Positions 28,368 through 38,634 of a DNA stretch of 64,000 nt are shown one piece after another. A program made the position numbers and the translations under genes. The DNA is from Limnobacter sp. (GTDB lineage Bacteria; Pseudomonadota; Gammaproteobacteria; Burkholderiales; Burkholderiaceae_B): NCBI RefSeq assembly GCF_036405155.1, contig NZ_DASWYD010000010.1, positions 53,118 to 117,117 of the forward strand. Direction: 5' to 3'. The notes under the pieces are model-generated. The model searched no databases and was not told the origin of the DNA. It saw only the letters and a program-made list of their open reading frames with translations. Position 1 is the stretch's first letter; every line of letters begins with the position of its first letter.

Positions 28368-29240
28368 TTACAGCACCCAGTAGAGCGCCATGGGTACAAA
28401 AATAAGGCTCATGAGGTTGCCCACCATCACCATGGACGCCACCTGGTGCGGGTTTTGGCCGTATTGCTCGGCAAACACATAATTGAGTACAGCCGGCGGC
28501 AAGGCGCCAAACACAATCAGCATGGCCGCATGCCCGGCCGACAAGGGCAGCAACCACACACACAAGCCGGCAAACACAAGGCCAGTCAGCGGACACACCA
28601 CCCCGGCAATCACACCCAGGCGAACATCCGAAAAATCCGCCTGAACCAGCCGAACGCCCAATGAAAACAGCAACAGGGGAATGGACACATCGCCCGTCAT
28701 CTTGATGGCGAAGTACAGGGGCTCCCACACCGGCACCTGAAACACACTCACGGCAAACCCGGCGAGCGAAGCCACAATCACCGGCTCTTTCCACAAGGTC
28801 CACAAACGGGCATGGGGACTCAACATCCAGGTGCCCAGCGAATAGTGCAAGGTGTTGCTCACCAAAAACATCATCACGGCGGCTGGCAGGGCCTCATTGC
28901 CAAAGGCCAGAATGGCCAACGGCAGGCCCATGTTGCCGCTGTTGTTGAACATCACTGGGGGTACGAATGTTTTCCAGTCGACTCTCAACAAACGCGCCAC
29001 CGGCCATGCCAGCAGCCCCGAGCCCAGCACCACGATGGCAGCGCCAGCCGCCAACACACTGTAGGCTTCCAGGTCGAATGTTTTGCTGGCCAGCGCTGAA
29101 AACACCAGGGCTGGCACAAACACGTCCATGTTCAACTGGTTGGCAAAACGCATGTCGGGCCGCTTGGCCCGTCCGTACCAATAGCCCAGCGCCACCACGG
29201 CAAACACCGGAAAAATCACGGAAACAATGCGAATGAACAT
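28368..29240 (-). CDS. AEC (auxin efflux carrier) family transporter
   Basis: 290 aa, 8-10 TM helices, N-terminus MFIRIVSVIFPVFAVVALGYWYGR typical of the AEC family. Confidence 0.75.
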   Translation of the reverse strand: MFIRIVSVIFPVFAVVALGYWYGRAKRPDMRFANQLNMDVFVPALVFSALASKTFDLEAYSVLAAGAAIVVLGSGLLAWPVARLLRVDWKTFVPPVMFNNSGNMGLPLAILAFGNEALPAAVMMFLVSNTLHYSLGTWMLSPHARLWTLWKEPVIVASLAGFAVSVFQVPVWEPLYFAIKMTGDVSIPLLLFSLGVRLVQADFSDVRLGVIAGVVCPLTGLVFAGLCVWLLPLSAGHAAMLIVFGALPPAVLNYVFAEQYGQNPHQVASMVMVGNLMSLIFVPMALYWVL

Positions 29241-29350
29241 GGCGCAGGCGAGGCTGAGTTGTCAGTGAATGAACCAAAGCGCGCAGTGTACTGCAAGCGC
29301 CCCCGGAAAACGATCCGGGTTTTCAGCGGAGGGGCTGCAACCGCAACACC

Positions 29351-30241
29351 TCAAGCCACTGCGGTGGCAAACAGGGCTTTGATAGCGGGGTGCTCCATGT
29401 TCCGGGGGTGCGTGAACGCGTAATACTCCTCCAGCACACCCTCCACATCGCCCAGGTATTCCACCGATGTACCCCGGGCATAGTCTTCCATCAGCAGGGC
29501 CGGTACGGCAAACAGCCCCAGTCCGGCCCGCCCAAAGGTGTCCAGCAAGGCCAAGTCATCAAACTCTCCCACCACCCGCACCGAAATGCCTTCCGTTTCC
29601 AGCCAATGTTCCAGCTTCATGCGCAACACATTGTTGCGCGAGGGCATCAGGAAAGGCGCGCCCTGAAGGCTTTTGGGGAAATTGCTCCGCTTTTCGGCAC
29701 ACAAGGCAGCACTGCCAAAAATACGCACGGGGTAAGCCAACAACTTGGCCACTTGCAGGTTGGCTGTGCCTTGGCCACCGGGCCGTTCGGCCAACACCAA
29801 GTCAATGTTGTGCTGAATCAGCTCGGCACACAGCGCTTCAAACCGACCTTCGGTGCACACCAAGCGCACCGGGCGCTTCAGCGCCAGCACGGGCTCAATC
29901 ATGTGGAAGCTCACTGTTTTGGGCAGGGCATCAGCAATGCCCACCGACAAGCGCAGGGTGTAGTCCAGCTCCTCATCTTCCAGGCTGTCGGTCAATTGCT
30001 CACCCAACTGGAAAATTTGGTCGGCGTAGCGCAGCGCAACCCGACCCGCCTCAGTCAAGCCCAAGCCGCGCCCCACGGGCTGAAATAGCGATCGCCCCAG
30101 AGACTGCTCCAACTGCGCAATCTGGCTGGACAGGGTTTGAGCCCGCAACCCCAGCCGCTCCGCCGCTGCGGTCAGGCTGCCGGTTTTGGCCACCATCCAG
30201 AAATAGCGCAGGTGGTGAAAATTCAAGTCGGTCAGTTTCAT
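29351..30241 (-). CDS. LysR-family transcriptional regulator (NhaR-like)
   Basis: The N-terminal [43 protein letters not shown], resembles the NhaR subgroup. Divergent from htpX. Confidence 0.85.
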   Translation of the reverse strand: MKLTDLNFHHLRYFWMVAKTGSLTAAAERLGLRAQTLSSQIAQLEQSLGRSLFQPVGRGLGLTEAGRVALRYADQIFQLGEQLTDSLEDEELDYTLRLSVGIADALPKTVSFHMIEPVLALKRPVRLVCTEGRFEALCAELIQHNIDLVLAERPGGQGTANLQVAKLLAYPVRIFGSAALCAEKRSNFPKSLQGAPFLMPSRNNVLRMKLEHWLETEGISVRVVGEFDDLALLDTFGRAGLGLFAVPALLMEDYARGTSVEYLGDVEGVLEEYYAFTHPRNMEHPAIKALFATAVA

Positions 30242-30360
30242 GCCCAAACCCTTCGATTAAATCGATTATTTCTTCATTTTTTATTCTATTTATTCTGGCT
30301 AATTCGTCAACTAGACTCAAAGCTCATTTTTCCGTTCTCCAAAAGGACTGCACGAACACC

Positions 30361-31239
30361 ATGAAACGCATTGTTTTGTTCCTGGCCACCAACATCGCCA
30401 TCATGTTGGTCCTTGGCATCACCGTCCACCTGCTGGGCCTGAACCAATTCATGGCCGGCGGGCAACTCAACCTCACCATGCTGCTGGGCTTCTCGGCCGT
30501 GCTGGGCTTTGGCGGTTCATTCATCAGCTTGTGGATGAGCAAGACCATTGCCAAATGGAGCACTGGCGCCCAAGTCATTGACCAGCCCCGCAACGACACC
30601 GAACGTTGGTTGGTGCAAACCGTCGACCGCCTGGCACGCCGGGCCAACATCCCCATGCCCGAAGTCGCCATATTTGAAGGCGCCCCCAACGCATTTGCGA
30701 CCGGGCCCAGCAAATCCAACAGCCTGGTGGCGGTCAGCACAGGCCTGCTGCAAAGCATGTCGCGGGAAGAGGCTGAGGCTGTGCTGGCGCACGAAGTGGC
30801 GCACGTGGCCAACGGCGACATGGTCACCCTCACGCTGATTCAAGGCGTGGTCAACACCTTCGTGTTTTTCATTGCCCGTGTGGTGGGCTTTTTGGTGGAT
30901 CAAGCCCTACGCAAAGACGACGAGGAGTCCACCGGACAAGGCATGGGCTACTTCATCACCGTGATCGTGATGGAAATCACCCTGGGCATCTTGGCCTCCA
31001 TCATCGTGATGTACTTCTCACGCAAACGGGAATTCCGGGCCGACGCCGGTGCCGCGCAGTTGATGGGCCAACGTCAACCCATGATCAATGCCCTGAAGCG
31101 CCTGGGTGGTTTGCAGTCTGGTGAGTTGCCCTCGCAAATGGCGGCTTCCGGTATTTCAGGAAAAGGCGGTGTGATGGCCCTGTTCAGCAGCCACCCACCG
31201 ATTGAAGAACGCATTGCTGCCTTGAGCACACAAGGCTAA
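30361..31239 (+). CDS. htpX: zinc metalloprotease HtpX (M48)
   Basis: [19 protein letters not shown]..., [10 protein letters not shown] (HExxH), four TM segments and the SSHPP motif. The upstream part of ORF 29467.. is antisense to the LysR gene and is not used. Confidence 0.95.
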   Translation: MKRIVLFLATNIAIMLVLGITVHLLGLNQFMAGGQLNLTMLLGFSAVLGFGGSFISLWMSKTIAKWSTGAQVIDQPRNDTERWLVQTVDRLARRANIPMPEVAIFEGAPNAFATGPSKSNSLVAVSTGLLQSMSREEAEAVLAHEVAHVANGDMVTLTLIQGVVNTFVFFIARVVGFLVDQALRKDDEESTGQGMGYFITVIVMEITLGILASIIVMYFSRKREFRADAGAAQLMGQRQPMINALKRLGGLQSGELPSQMAASGISGKGGVMALFSSHPPIEERIAALSTQG

Positions 31240-31323
31240 AACGAACATACAACTTGGTTTTGCCCTTTGCCGTGGTGGGTTGCCGGACCTGCCGCGGCGC
31301 TTTTTTTCCAGTGTCCAAACTGC

Positions 31324-31866
31324 TTAAAACAACACCCGGCGCGCGGTCCAGTAATGCCGCTTCCAATACGTTTCATCCAAGTTGTTCAAGGTCACCCCCT
31401 CGCTGGTGGACGCATGCAAAAACCAGCGCGAACCCAGGTAAATGCCCACATGGTTGCTGCGGCGCCCAGTCTTGAAAAACACCAAGTCGCCGGGCTGCAT
31501 GGCCTCTTGAGCCACATCAAACCCCACATCGGCTTGCTGTTCGGTGGTGCGGGGCAGGTCCAGGCTCAGGCGTTGAGCCAGCGTGATTTGGGTGAATGCT
31601 GAGCAGTCCACGCCTTGTCGACTGGTTCCGCCCAAACGGTAGGGCGTGCCCTGCCAGGCTTTCAACTGCTCCAGCAGCGCTTCCTGAACGGTTCTCAGTG
31701 GCCCATCGGCCGGTGCAATCCGGGCGCCCTTGGGCAAGCGCTCGCCATCCATGGTCATGCCAGGCTTCAAACTCGAACAAGCGGGCAACACCGAGGCACA
31801 AGCCAGACCAACCAGCAACCACCCTGCACAGGCAGTGCTACGCAAAACGTCTTGAGTCCGCCTCAA
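31324..31866 (-). CDS. NlpC/P60 (C40) peptidoglycan endopeptidase lipoprotein
   Basis: GTPYRLGGTSRQGVDCSAF (catalytic Cys) and NHVGIYLG (His). Lipobox-like LPACSS. The probable TTG start at 31866 overlaps the upstream stop (TTGA). Confidence 0.75.
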   Translation of the reverse strand: MRRTQDVLRSTACAGWLLVGLACASVLPACSSLKPGMTMDGERLPKGARIAPADGPLRTVQEALLEQLKAWQGTPYRLGGTSRQGVDCSAFTQITLAQRLSLDLPRTTEQQADVGFDVAQEAMQPGDLVFFKTGRRSNHVGIYLGSRWFLHASTSEGVTLNNLDETYWKRHYWTARRVLF

Positions 31867-32210
31867 ACCACAGCCCTGCGCTCGGAGAACCGCAGCAACC
31901 CTTTGGCAAACCGGTACACCAGCCAAATGCACAGCACCCAGTACAACAGGAAGCCAACACCCACGACAAACAACAACAAGGCGGCAGCAAACCACACCAT
32001 GCCGATCCAGAAGGTTGAAATCAGCCAGCGGTAGTGGCTTTCGTAAATCGTGCCCACAGCTTCTGGGCGCTTGATGTAACAAATCACCAACGCGATCAGG
32101 ATGGGAACAAAGGCCGTGAAAATGCCGAGGGCGCCCAACAAATAGGCCACCAGCACAATCGTGCGGTTGCTGTCTTCACGGGGATCCGGGAGGTCATTCG
32201 ATGTGTTCAT
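31863..32210 (-). CDS. small membrane protein (DUF4870-like)
   Basis: 115 aa with three hydrophobic helices. Translationally coupled to the NlpC/P60 gene. Confidence 0.55.
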   Translation of the reverse strand: MNTSNDLPDPREDSNRTIVLVAYLLGALGIFTAFVPILIALVICYIKRPEAVGTIYESHYRWLISTFWIGMVWFAAALLLFVVGVGFLLYWVLCIWLVYRFAKGLLRFSERRAVV

Positions 32211-32648
32211 GCCAAGGCGTCGGTGTTGTACAAACCTGATGGTAAATCAAGCGGGGACCAGTGATGAAACCCGAACACGACTCCAGTGGTTTTGTGGCTT
32301 GACGCCCGTGCAAATTGGAGTAAACACTCCAATCGAAACGACTGTTAACATGCTGATTTACAAGTGTTTTATTGACATCGAACGCTGTCAGCATTCGAAA
32401 TTTCCGTTACTCATCAGTAACATTAAGCAGATGATTTGATTGTTGAATTCCCCGCTTTGAAAATATCGCTTGCCAGTTTAACAACAGGCGTATCTGCGTC
32501 TAACCCCTGTCAACGACACGCCAAAAACAAGGGTTTTAGGTTTTTTACCACGCTTGTCAGGGCTAACCCTCTCCCCTACACTGCACTGAGCAGTCCGTCG
32601 ATTTACACCACATACAACAACATTTACCCCTTTCGGGAGACAGTTGAC

Positions 32649-35120
32649 ATGCGTCTCGTTTCATCCGGCTTCATCCCCGGCTTCACTGCTGCGACCCTGC
32701 TTGCAGCCCTGACTTGGGCACCTGTGGCCCAAGCACAAACAGCAACATCCAATTCAGCCACCAAAATTGAGAAAAAAACCGGCTTGGTGGATGTGAGCAA
32801 GGAGTACTGGCCCGAAGCCGGCAAATACCCGGTGCCCAACACCCCTTACCAACACACCCTGCGCTCGGTGTCGCTGGAGGACCTGGCCAAGCGCAATGTG
32901 CTGCCCTTGGGCATTTACCAGGGCACCCCACAACTGAATGCCAACAAGGACTGGTACGAGAAAAACTTCTACGCCACCCTGGCCGCAAAAAAAGTGTGGA
33001 ACCCAGGCACCAGCCCCAAAACGCACCAGTTCCAGGGCCCCATTACCTGGAAATACGAACCCATTCCCCAACTGCCTCCCCCACCGTGTGACCAGCCCCA
33101 ACCCACTGGCTACGACGCCGAGGGTTGCCGCTATGTGAACACCCTGTTCAAAGACGTGGAAGCCAAAGACCCTGCCAAGGCCAAACAACTGCGCGAGCAG
33201 GTGCGTCGTGGTCGAGACGTTTGGTTCAAAGGCACCTTTGGAAACCAGGACGAGCCTTACCTGCACTTCGCCCGCGCTGCGGGTGGACAGGACAAAATCT
33301 GGTACCCCTGGCTGGACACCCGTGAGCGCAAGCACCGCTTCACCAAGTACGGCCTGATCAACGACCCGGACTGCACCGAGGGCGATGCCTCCACCAACTG
33401 GTGGGACAAGTGCCCCGACCCGCACAGCAGTGGTGTGTTGGGCTACCGCCGCTACTACGCCGACCCGGTCAAGGACGAAAAAACCGGCAAGGTGGTGTTT
33501 GACCCGCAAACCTCCCCCTACCGCAAAGACGAATTGCAGAAAAACATGCGTTATGTGGTGGGTCACCCCTGCGTGCAGTGCCACGTGGGCATCGACCCCA
33601 CCAACCCACCGAAAGACCCCAACCAACCGCGCTGGGAAAACCTGTCGGCCACGATTGGTAACCAACACATTGTTCAGCCCTTGATGTTCTTCCAGGGCAC
33701 CGACCATGATGCCGTGGTTCGCCAAGTGCTGAAGGCCGGGCGCCCTGGCACCATTGACACCTCGCTGGTGGCCAATGACTTCCAGAACAACCCGGGCACC
33801 CAGAACAACATCATGGACTTCCAGAACCGCCGGGTTTTTGAACATGTCATGAAGGACCCCGTCACCGGAGAAATCAAGAAAGGCCTGACACAGCACGTGC
33901 TCAAAGGCGGCGAAGACTCGGTGGGTGATCGCTTGGCGCTAATCCGCGTGTACGTCAACATCGGCATGTGCACCGAAGAATGCTGGGCCCCCAACTTCCC
34001 AACACCGGGCAAGTTGTTTGGTAAAAAAGCCAGCCAAAGCCCGTTCTCCATCAAACAGTGCGCCGCCGAATGCGAGCCCTGGAACTACGCGGACGCGAAA
34101 ATGGAAGACTTGGCTGCATTCCTCATCACCGGTGGCCCCACTTACCTGGGCAATGCAAAGGATGTGGATGGCTCAGCCGGCTTGAAGTATGTGGACTTCA
34201 GCAAAGTGCCCCAAGGCCGCAAAGTGTTTGCCCGTGAATGCGCCAGCTGCCACTCCTCCAAAGTGGCCCCGGAAAACATTCGCCGTGACAAAGTCGCACT
34301 GGAACGTTTCTATGACGGCCATGTGTTTGGTTCAGAGCAATTCTGGAAATACGAATTCACCGACGAGGAGCGCAACTCGGCCAAGTTTGTGGCGCAGTAC
34401 ATGGCCAAGGACGACAAAGGCAACTTGCGTCCCAAACAGTTCGCCAAAGATGGCGTGTTTGGTCAGGACTGGCTGGGCAATGATGAGCTGACGCCCTTCC
34501 ACGAAATTGGTACCAACATGTGCCGTGCCCTGCACGACAACCACAACAAGGGCCACATCTGGGAAGAGTTTTCATCGGAAACCTACAAGCAACGCAAAAG
34601 CCCAGGCAAGGTGGATGTGACGATCAACCGCATGGTGCCCGGCTTGGGCGGCACCAAAGTGGGCGAACGTGAAATCACGGGTGGCCCTGGCTACCTGCGC
34701 AACATCAGCCTGCTGTCCGTGTGGGCCACCGCACCCTTCCTGCACAACAATGCGATTGGTGAAATGCCCGTGCAAAAAGACGGCACGCCCGACTCGACCG
34801 TGGCAGGCCGCATCAAGGCCTTCGAGCAAGCCTTTGATGAATTGATGATGAGCGACGACCCCAAGGTCAAGCCATCGCGTCCGGTGAAAATTTCCACCAC
34901 CGACACCGACATCAAACTGGCCCTGCAAGAAGACCAGGGTGGCCTGGTCAAACTGCCAGTGAAGAAGGGCACGGAAATTGGCAAGTTCACCAGCAGCGAC
35001 CCGCACCACCCACTCACGCAAAAGTGCGATGATTTGGTGGAGAACAAGGGCCATCAGTTTGGCGTATCACTCTCAAAGGACGAAAAGCGCGCCCTGCGTG
35101 AATTCTTGAAGTTGATGTAA
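32649..35120 (+). CDS. secreted di-haem c-type cytochrome, cytochrome-c-peroxidase-like C-terminal region
   Basis: The ATG at 32649 follows GGGAGA. Signal peptide MRLVSSGFIPGFTAATLLAALTWAPVAQA. CxxCH motifs at nt 33570-33584 (CVQCH) and 34239-34253 (CASCH). LRNISLLSVWATAPFLHNN resembles the LRNVALTAPYFHDG motif of bacterial di-haem peroxidase/MauG proteins. Confidence 0.75.
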   Translation: MRLVSSGFIPGFTAATLLAALTWAPVAQAQTATSNSATKIEKKTGLVDVSKEYWPEAGKYPVPNTPYQHTLRSVSLEDLAKRNVLPLGIYQGTPQLNANKDWYEKNFYATLAAKKVWNPGTSPKTHQFQGPITWKYEPIPQLPPPPCDQPQPTGYDAEGCRYVNTLFKDVEAKDPAKAKQLREQVRRGRDVWFKGTFGNQDEPYLHFARAAGGQDKIWYPWLDTRERKHRFTKYGLINDPDCTEGDASTNWWDKCPDPHSSGVLGYRRYYADPVKDEKTGKVVFDPQTSPYRKDELQKNMRYVVGHPCVQCHVGIDPTNPPKDPNQPRWENLSATIGNQHIVQPLMFFQGTDHDAVVRQVLKAGRPGTIDTSLVANDFQNNPGTQNNIMDFQNRRVFEHVMKDPVTGEIKKGLTQHVLKGGEDSVGDRLALIRVYVNIGMCTEECWAPNFPTPGKLFGKKASQSPFSIKQCAAECEPWNYADAKMEDLAAFLITGGPTYLGNAKDVDGSAGLKYVDFSKVPQGRKVFARECASCHSSKVAPENIRRDKVALERFYDGHVFGSEQFWKYEFTDEERNSAKFVAQYMAKDDKGNLRPKQFAKDGVFGQDWLGNDELTPFHEIGTNMCRALHDNHNKGHIWEEFSSETYKQRKSPGKVDVTINRMVPGLGGTKVGEREITGGPGYLRNISLLSVWATAPFLHNNAIGEMPVQKDGTPDSTVAGRIKAFEQAFDELMMSDDPKVKPSRPVKISTTDTDIKLALQEDQGGLVKLPVKKGTEIGKFTSSDPHHPLTQKCDDLVENKGHQFGVSLSKDEKRALREFLKLM

Positions 35121-35122
35121 AC

Positions 35123-36901
35123 ATGGCAAAACGAACACGGGTTTGGATGGCCTTGGCCACTGTGGTGGCAGTGGCTGCCGGGTGGAACTGGATGCGGGAT
35201 GACCAGGCCCGCAGCCAGGCCAGTGTGACTGCGCTGGCCAAGGTGGCGGACAAAACTGATCCACACCTCGCGCTCAGCGCCACGGTGCTGGCCGACGGCG
35301 ACCTCCCGCCGGAAGGCACCCGCTCCCTGTTCGACCATGTGGCCGCCCAAAACGGTGGCGTGCCTTACCCGTTCCCCAAACTGATTGAAGCCCTTCAAAA
35401 AATGAACCCGGAGGGTGCTCCCCCTGTGGCGGTGATGCTGCCCCATGGGCGGTCCTTGTTGAAAGGCCAGGCCGATGATGCACACCCCCGGGTACTGCTG
35501 GCTGCCGACTTCCAGGCGCCCAACACACCGGCTGCATTGGGGGTGAACGCGCGGGGCCAGTTGTTTTTGGGCTTTGTTGAAAACGCCAATGAAATTGAAG
35601 TGCTCAGCTACAACGAAGCGGCAGGCCGTTACGAATTTCAATTGGTGCAAGACTATTCGGCAACGGGTGCGCGCAAGCTGGTATACGCCCGTCGGCAAAT
35701 TTGCCTGACCTGCCACCAAGGCGGTGCGCCCATTTTTCCGCAACGCCCCTGGAACGAGACCAACGCAGCCCCCGACACAGTAGAAGCCATGCTGCGCGCC
35801 CGCACCAAAGCCGGGCTGGACACTCAAACTTACCTTGGCTTACCCTTGCAGAACACACTCAGTTCGCCCGAGCGGTTTGATGAACTGACCGATGTGGGCA
35901 ATTTCTTCGCGGCCACCCAAAAGCTGTGGCTGGATGGCTGTGGCGACCAAGGCAATACATCGGTCGATTGTCGAAAAACCATGCTCAAATTGGCGCTGCA
36001 ATACAAGGTGCGTCCGGGCGAGTTCAAAGAAGAGGGGGCGCTGGTTGCACGTTTAAAAACCCTTCAAGCCAAAGCCTTGGGCGACCGCACCATCGCGGTG
36101 GCCGAGTCTGACCTCACCAACCGCGACCCGGTGGCAGAGCAACAAGGCATCAAGGGCTGGTGGCGCAACCTCACCACTGCACGCATTCAACTGGGCGATG
36201 GCGCCAAAAACAACGAAGACCTGGAAGCCTTTGACAAGCTGCCCAAGCTGCCTTTGGCGCTGGACCCGCTCACCAAACGCGCCCCCAAACGAATCCTGAC
36301 CGCTGCCAATATTGATGGTGCCTACGGCTTGGCCAGCCTGCTGACCGAAAGCGATGTCAACACCCTGATGGAAGCAGCCAACTGGCAATTCGACAACCTG
36401 GCCAATGCAGTGGACAAGCTGCCCGACGCCCTGTTTCAGGCCAAGCCCTTTGAACGGGCCAAAACGGTTCAGGCCTTGATGAAAAGTCCGGAATTGCCCA
36501 AGGTACGCAGCAATGGCCCGGTTCAACTGGCGTATGTGTTCACGGATGTCAGCGACATGTCGCCACCCATTGCCACTGGCGTTCCCCCGCTGCAATTGAA
36601 AGCAGGCTCATCGCTTGAGCCTTTTGAAACCTATTGTTTCTCGTGCCATCGCGGTAACCCAGCCAAGCGCCTCAACTTCATGGGCGCGGACAGTGAAGAC
36701 AAAGTACTGGCCCAAATGCGCGACAAAACCGAAATTCGGGACGCGCTGGACTGGGAACGCTATGAGGGCACCGAGAAGGCGTCGATGCTGATGCCACCCC
36801 GAGATTCAAAACAATATGCCCTGCTGGTTGAAGACCAGAAGAAAAACCCCAAGCTGCGAGAACAGATGCGGGCTGTCGTGCCCAGCCTGTTCGGCTTCTA
36901 A
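35123..36901 (+). CDS. membrane-anchored or secreted di-haem c-type cytochrome, unknown family
   Basis: 592 aa with an N-terminal hydrophobic segment, VWMALATVVAVAAGW. CxxCH at 35702-35716 (CLTCH) and 36635-36649 (CFSCH). Starts 2 nt after the upstream stop. Confidence 0.7.
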   Translation: MAKRTRVWMALATVVAVAAGWNWMRDDQARSQASVTALAKVADKTDPHLALSATVLADGDLPPEGTRSLFDHVAAQNGGVPYPFPKLIEALQKMNPEGAPPVAVMLPHGRSLLKGQADDAHPRVLLAADFQAPNTPAALGVNARGQLFLGFVENANEIEVLSYNEAAGRYEFQLVQDYSATGARKLVYARRQICLTCHQGGAPIFPQRPWNETNAAPDTVEAMLRARTKAGLDTQTYLGLPLQNTLSSPERFDELTDVGNFFAATQKLWLDGCGDQGNTSVDCRKTMLKLALQYKVRPGEFKEEGALVARLKTLQAKALGDRTIAVAESDLTNRDPVAEQQGIKGWWRNLTTARIQLGDGAKNNEDLEAFDKLPKLPLALDPLTKRAPKRILTAANIDGAYGLASLLTESDVNTLMEAANWQFDNLANAVDKLPDALFQAKPFERAKTVQALMKSPELPKVRSNGPVQLAYVFTDVSDMSPPIATGVPPLQLKAGSSLEPFETYCFSCHRGNPAKRLNFMGADSEDKVLAQMRDKTEIRDALDWERYEGTEKASMLMPPRDSKQYALLVEDQKKNPKLREQMRAVVPSLFGF

Positions 36902-36917
36902 GCCAGAAGGAGTCCCC

Positions 36918-37709
36918 ATGTTTCAAAGTACCCTGCAGCCCGCTTTGCGCAAGCTTGGCCTGTCTGCTGCACTGCTGGCCCTGTCCATGACTGCGGCACA
37001 AGCCCAGCCACTGTTTGCCAATTTGTACAAACAACAATATGGCTACGCCCCCGCCTGCACCGCCTGTCATCGGGACGGTGGCGGCTCCCCATTGAACAAC
37101 TTTGGCAAGCAGTTCAAGGACGCAGGCGAAAGCCTGGCCGCCTTCACCAAAATTGCCGACCTGGATGCCGACGGCGATGGCTTTAAAAACGCTGTAGAAG
37201 CCATGGCCAAAGCCAACCCCGGCGTGAAAGAATCCACACCCAACAACAAAGGGGCATGGTTGGACATTTCCAGCCTGATTCCCAAAGAGGTGCAGGACCA
37301 GTTTCCGGATGTGAAGGAATACTTGCCACGCGATGCCTTCCTGACCCCACAAGACATTGAGCGGGCCAAGGGCATGGGTGCAGTGCTCAGCCAGAAGGAC
37401 GACAACACCATTTACATACCGCTGAAGGACAAGCGCCCCGCTGGGGCGGCCTTGATTTTTCCGGCGGAGTACCAAGGCAAAGCCTTTTTCCTGATGCTGG
37501 TCACCGATCGGCAATTGACCATCACCAGCGTGCAGCCCATCAACACCCGCCAGGTGAAAGAGGCCGCCAACCCAGCGTTGTATGGCGGCTTCAAAGGCCT
37601 GGCGCTGGACAAGCTGACTGGGGGTGATGGCAAAGACCTGAAGGCTGCCGTGGCCAATGCGGTGAAGAAAGCAGGTACTCTGGTGTTTGTCCGATTGAAA
37701 ACCGCCTGA
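36918..37709 (+). CDS. secreted mono-haem cytochrome c with degenerate FMN_bind-like C-terminal domain
   Basis: AAGGAG lies upstream of the ATG at 36918. Has a signal peptide. CTACH at 37056-37070, an Asp-rich DLDADGDGF loop, and a C-terminal FFLMLVTDRQLTITSVQPINTRQ...LTGGDGKDLKAAVANAVKKA that resembles an FMN-binding domain lacking the usual S/T flavinylation motif. Confidence 0.65.
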   Translation: MFQSTLQPALRKLGLSAALLALSMTAAQAQPLFANLYKQQYGYAPACTACHRDGGGSPLNNFGKQFKDAGESLAAFTKIADLDADGDGFKNAVEAMAKANPGVKESTPNNKGAWLDISSLIPKEVQDQFPDVKEYLPRDAFLTPQDIERAKGMGAVLSQKDDNTIYIPLKDKRPAGAALIFPAEYQGKAFFLMLVTDRQLTITSVQPINTRQVKEAANPALYGGFKGLALDKLTGGDGKDLKAAVANAVKKAGTLVFVRLKTA

Positions 37710-37731
37710 TAACACGGCAGGGAGTTGCAAC

Positions 37732-38553
37732 GTGCTGAAGTGGATTCGACAAGCCGGGTTGATGTTGATGCTGTCCCTGGGCCTTGGGTTTGGCGCCAAC
37801 CTGTGGGCAGCAGGCTCAACAGCTGAGCCTGCAACCCCGACCAACGCCGACGCATCCTTCGATTTCTTCAGCGACAAGCCTGTTGAAAGTCAGGATGTGG
37901 TGGTGATTCCGCCCGAGCAGTCCCATTGGATTACGGTGGGTGGCCCCATCGCCCTGCTGCTGTTCGGCGGTTTGATATTGTGGATCACGAAACTGCTCAT
38001 CCCGTTTGACAAGCACTCGGTGGACATCAACCTGCGTAACTTTCCACCTGCTGCAAAGCGGGGCATGGCCATTGCTGTGGTGCTGTTTGGCATTGCATTT
38101 GCATTTGGCGCCAGCGAAATTTGGTATCAGATGCAATTTTTTGGCAGCTCGGCAGAATTCATCAAGGCCATGTCACTGGGCAAACTGATCGTGATGACCC
38201 ACGCCCACCTGTTCGGCTTCACCACCGCCTTTTTCATCGTGGGCATTCCGTTCTCGATGCAGTTCAACCACATCCGCCTGTATCAGTGGATTTTCCCCAT
38301 TGGCCTCACAGCATCCCTGATTGATGTGATGAGTTGGTGGGGCATCAAGTACATCGCCAACTCGTTCGAGATGGTGTCGATGGTGTGCGCGCTGCTCTTC
38401 TCGGGTAGCTACCTGTGGATGCTCATCGGCTTGCTGCGCACGCTGGCATTCCCGGAAGTGATTTGGGCATCCGACAAAGACCGTGCCTTGCGTGCTGAAG
38501 AGCTGAAACGCAAGAAAGCCGCCAAGCGGGAATTTCGGAAGTTTTTTAATTGA
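37732..38553 (+). CDS. integral membrane protein with conserved-looking His pair (THAHLFGF)
   Basis: GTG start 8 nt after GGGAG. Signal/anchor segment plus about 5 TM helices and a Lys/Arg-rich C-terminal tail. Last gene of the cytochrome operon. Confidence 0.6.
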   Translation: MLKWIRQAGLMLMLSLGLGFGANLWAAGSTAEPATPTNADASFDFFSDKPVESQDVVVIPPEQSHWITVGGPIALLLFGGLILWITKLLIPFDKHSVDINLRNFPPAAKRGMAIAVVLFGIAFAFGASEIWYQMQFFGSSAEFIKAMSLGKLIVMTHAHLFGFTTAFFIVGIPFSMQFNHIRLYQWIFPIGLTASLIDVMSWWGIKYIANSFEMVSMVCALLFSGSYLWMLIGLLRTLAFPEVIWASDKDRALRAEELKRKKAAKREFRKFFN

Positions 38554-38634
38554 TCGTGTCTGGGTGATGACTCCAAAGCCGAGTTTCTCACCCAGGCTGC
38601 TGCGCTGGTAACCTCTCAACCTTCATCGGGTTGA

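Noticed and set aside
29467-30360. N-terminal 298-codon extension of the htpX reading frame (ORF 29467..31239)
   Set aside because: The extension is antisense to the well-supported LysR gene and is Pro/Ala/Arg-rich. A canonical HtpX N-terminus ([11 protein letters not shown]...) begins at the ATG at 30361.
31279-31307. Intrinsic terminator downstream of htpX (GC-rich segment followed by TTTTTTT)
   Set aside because: The T-run is convincing, but I could find only a 4-bp stem (GCCG/CGGC) preceding it. That is too weak to list as a feature.
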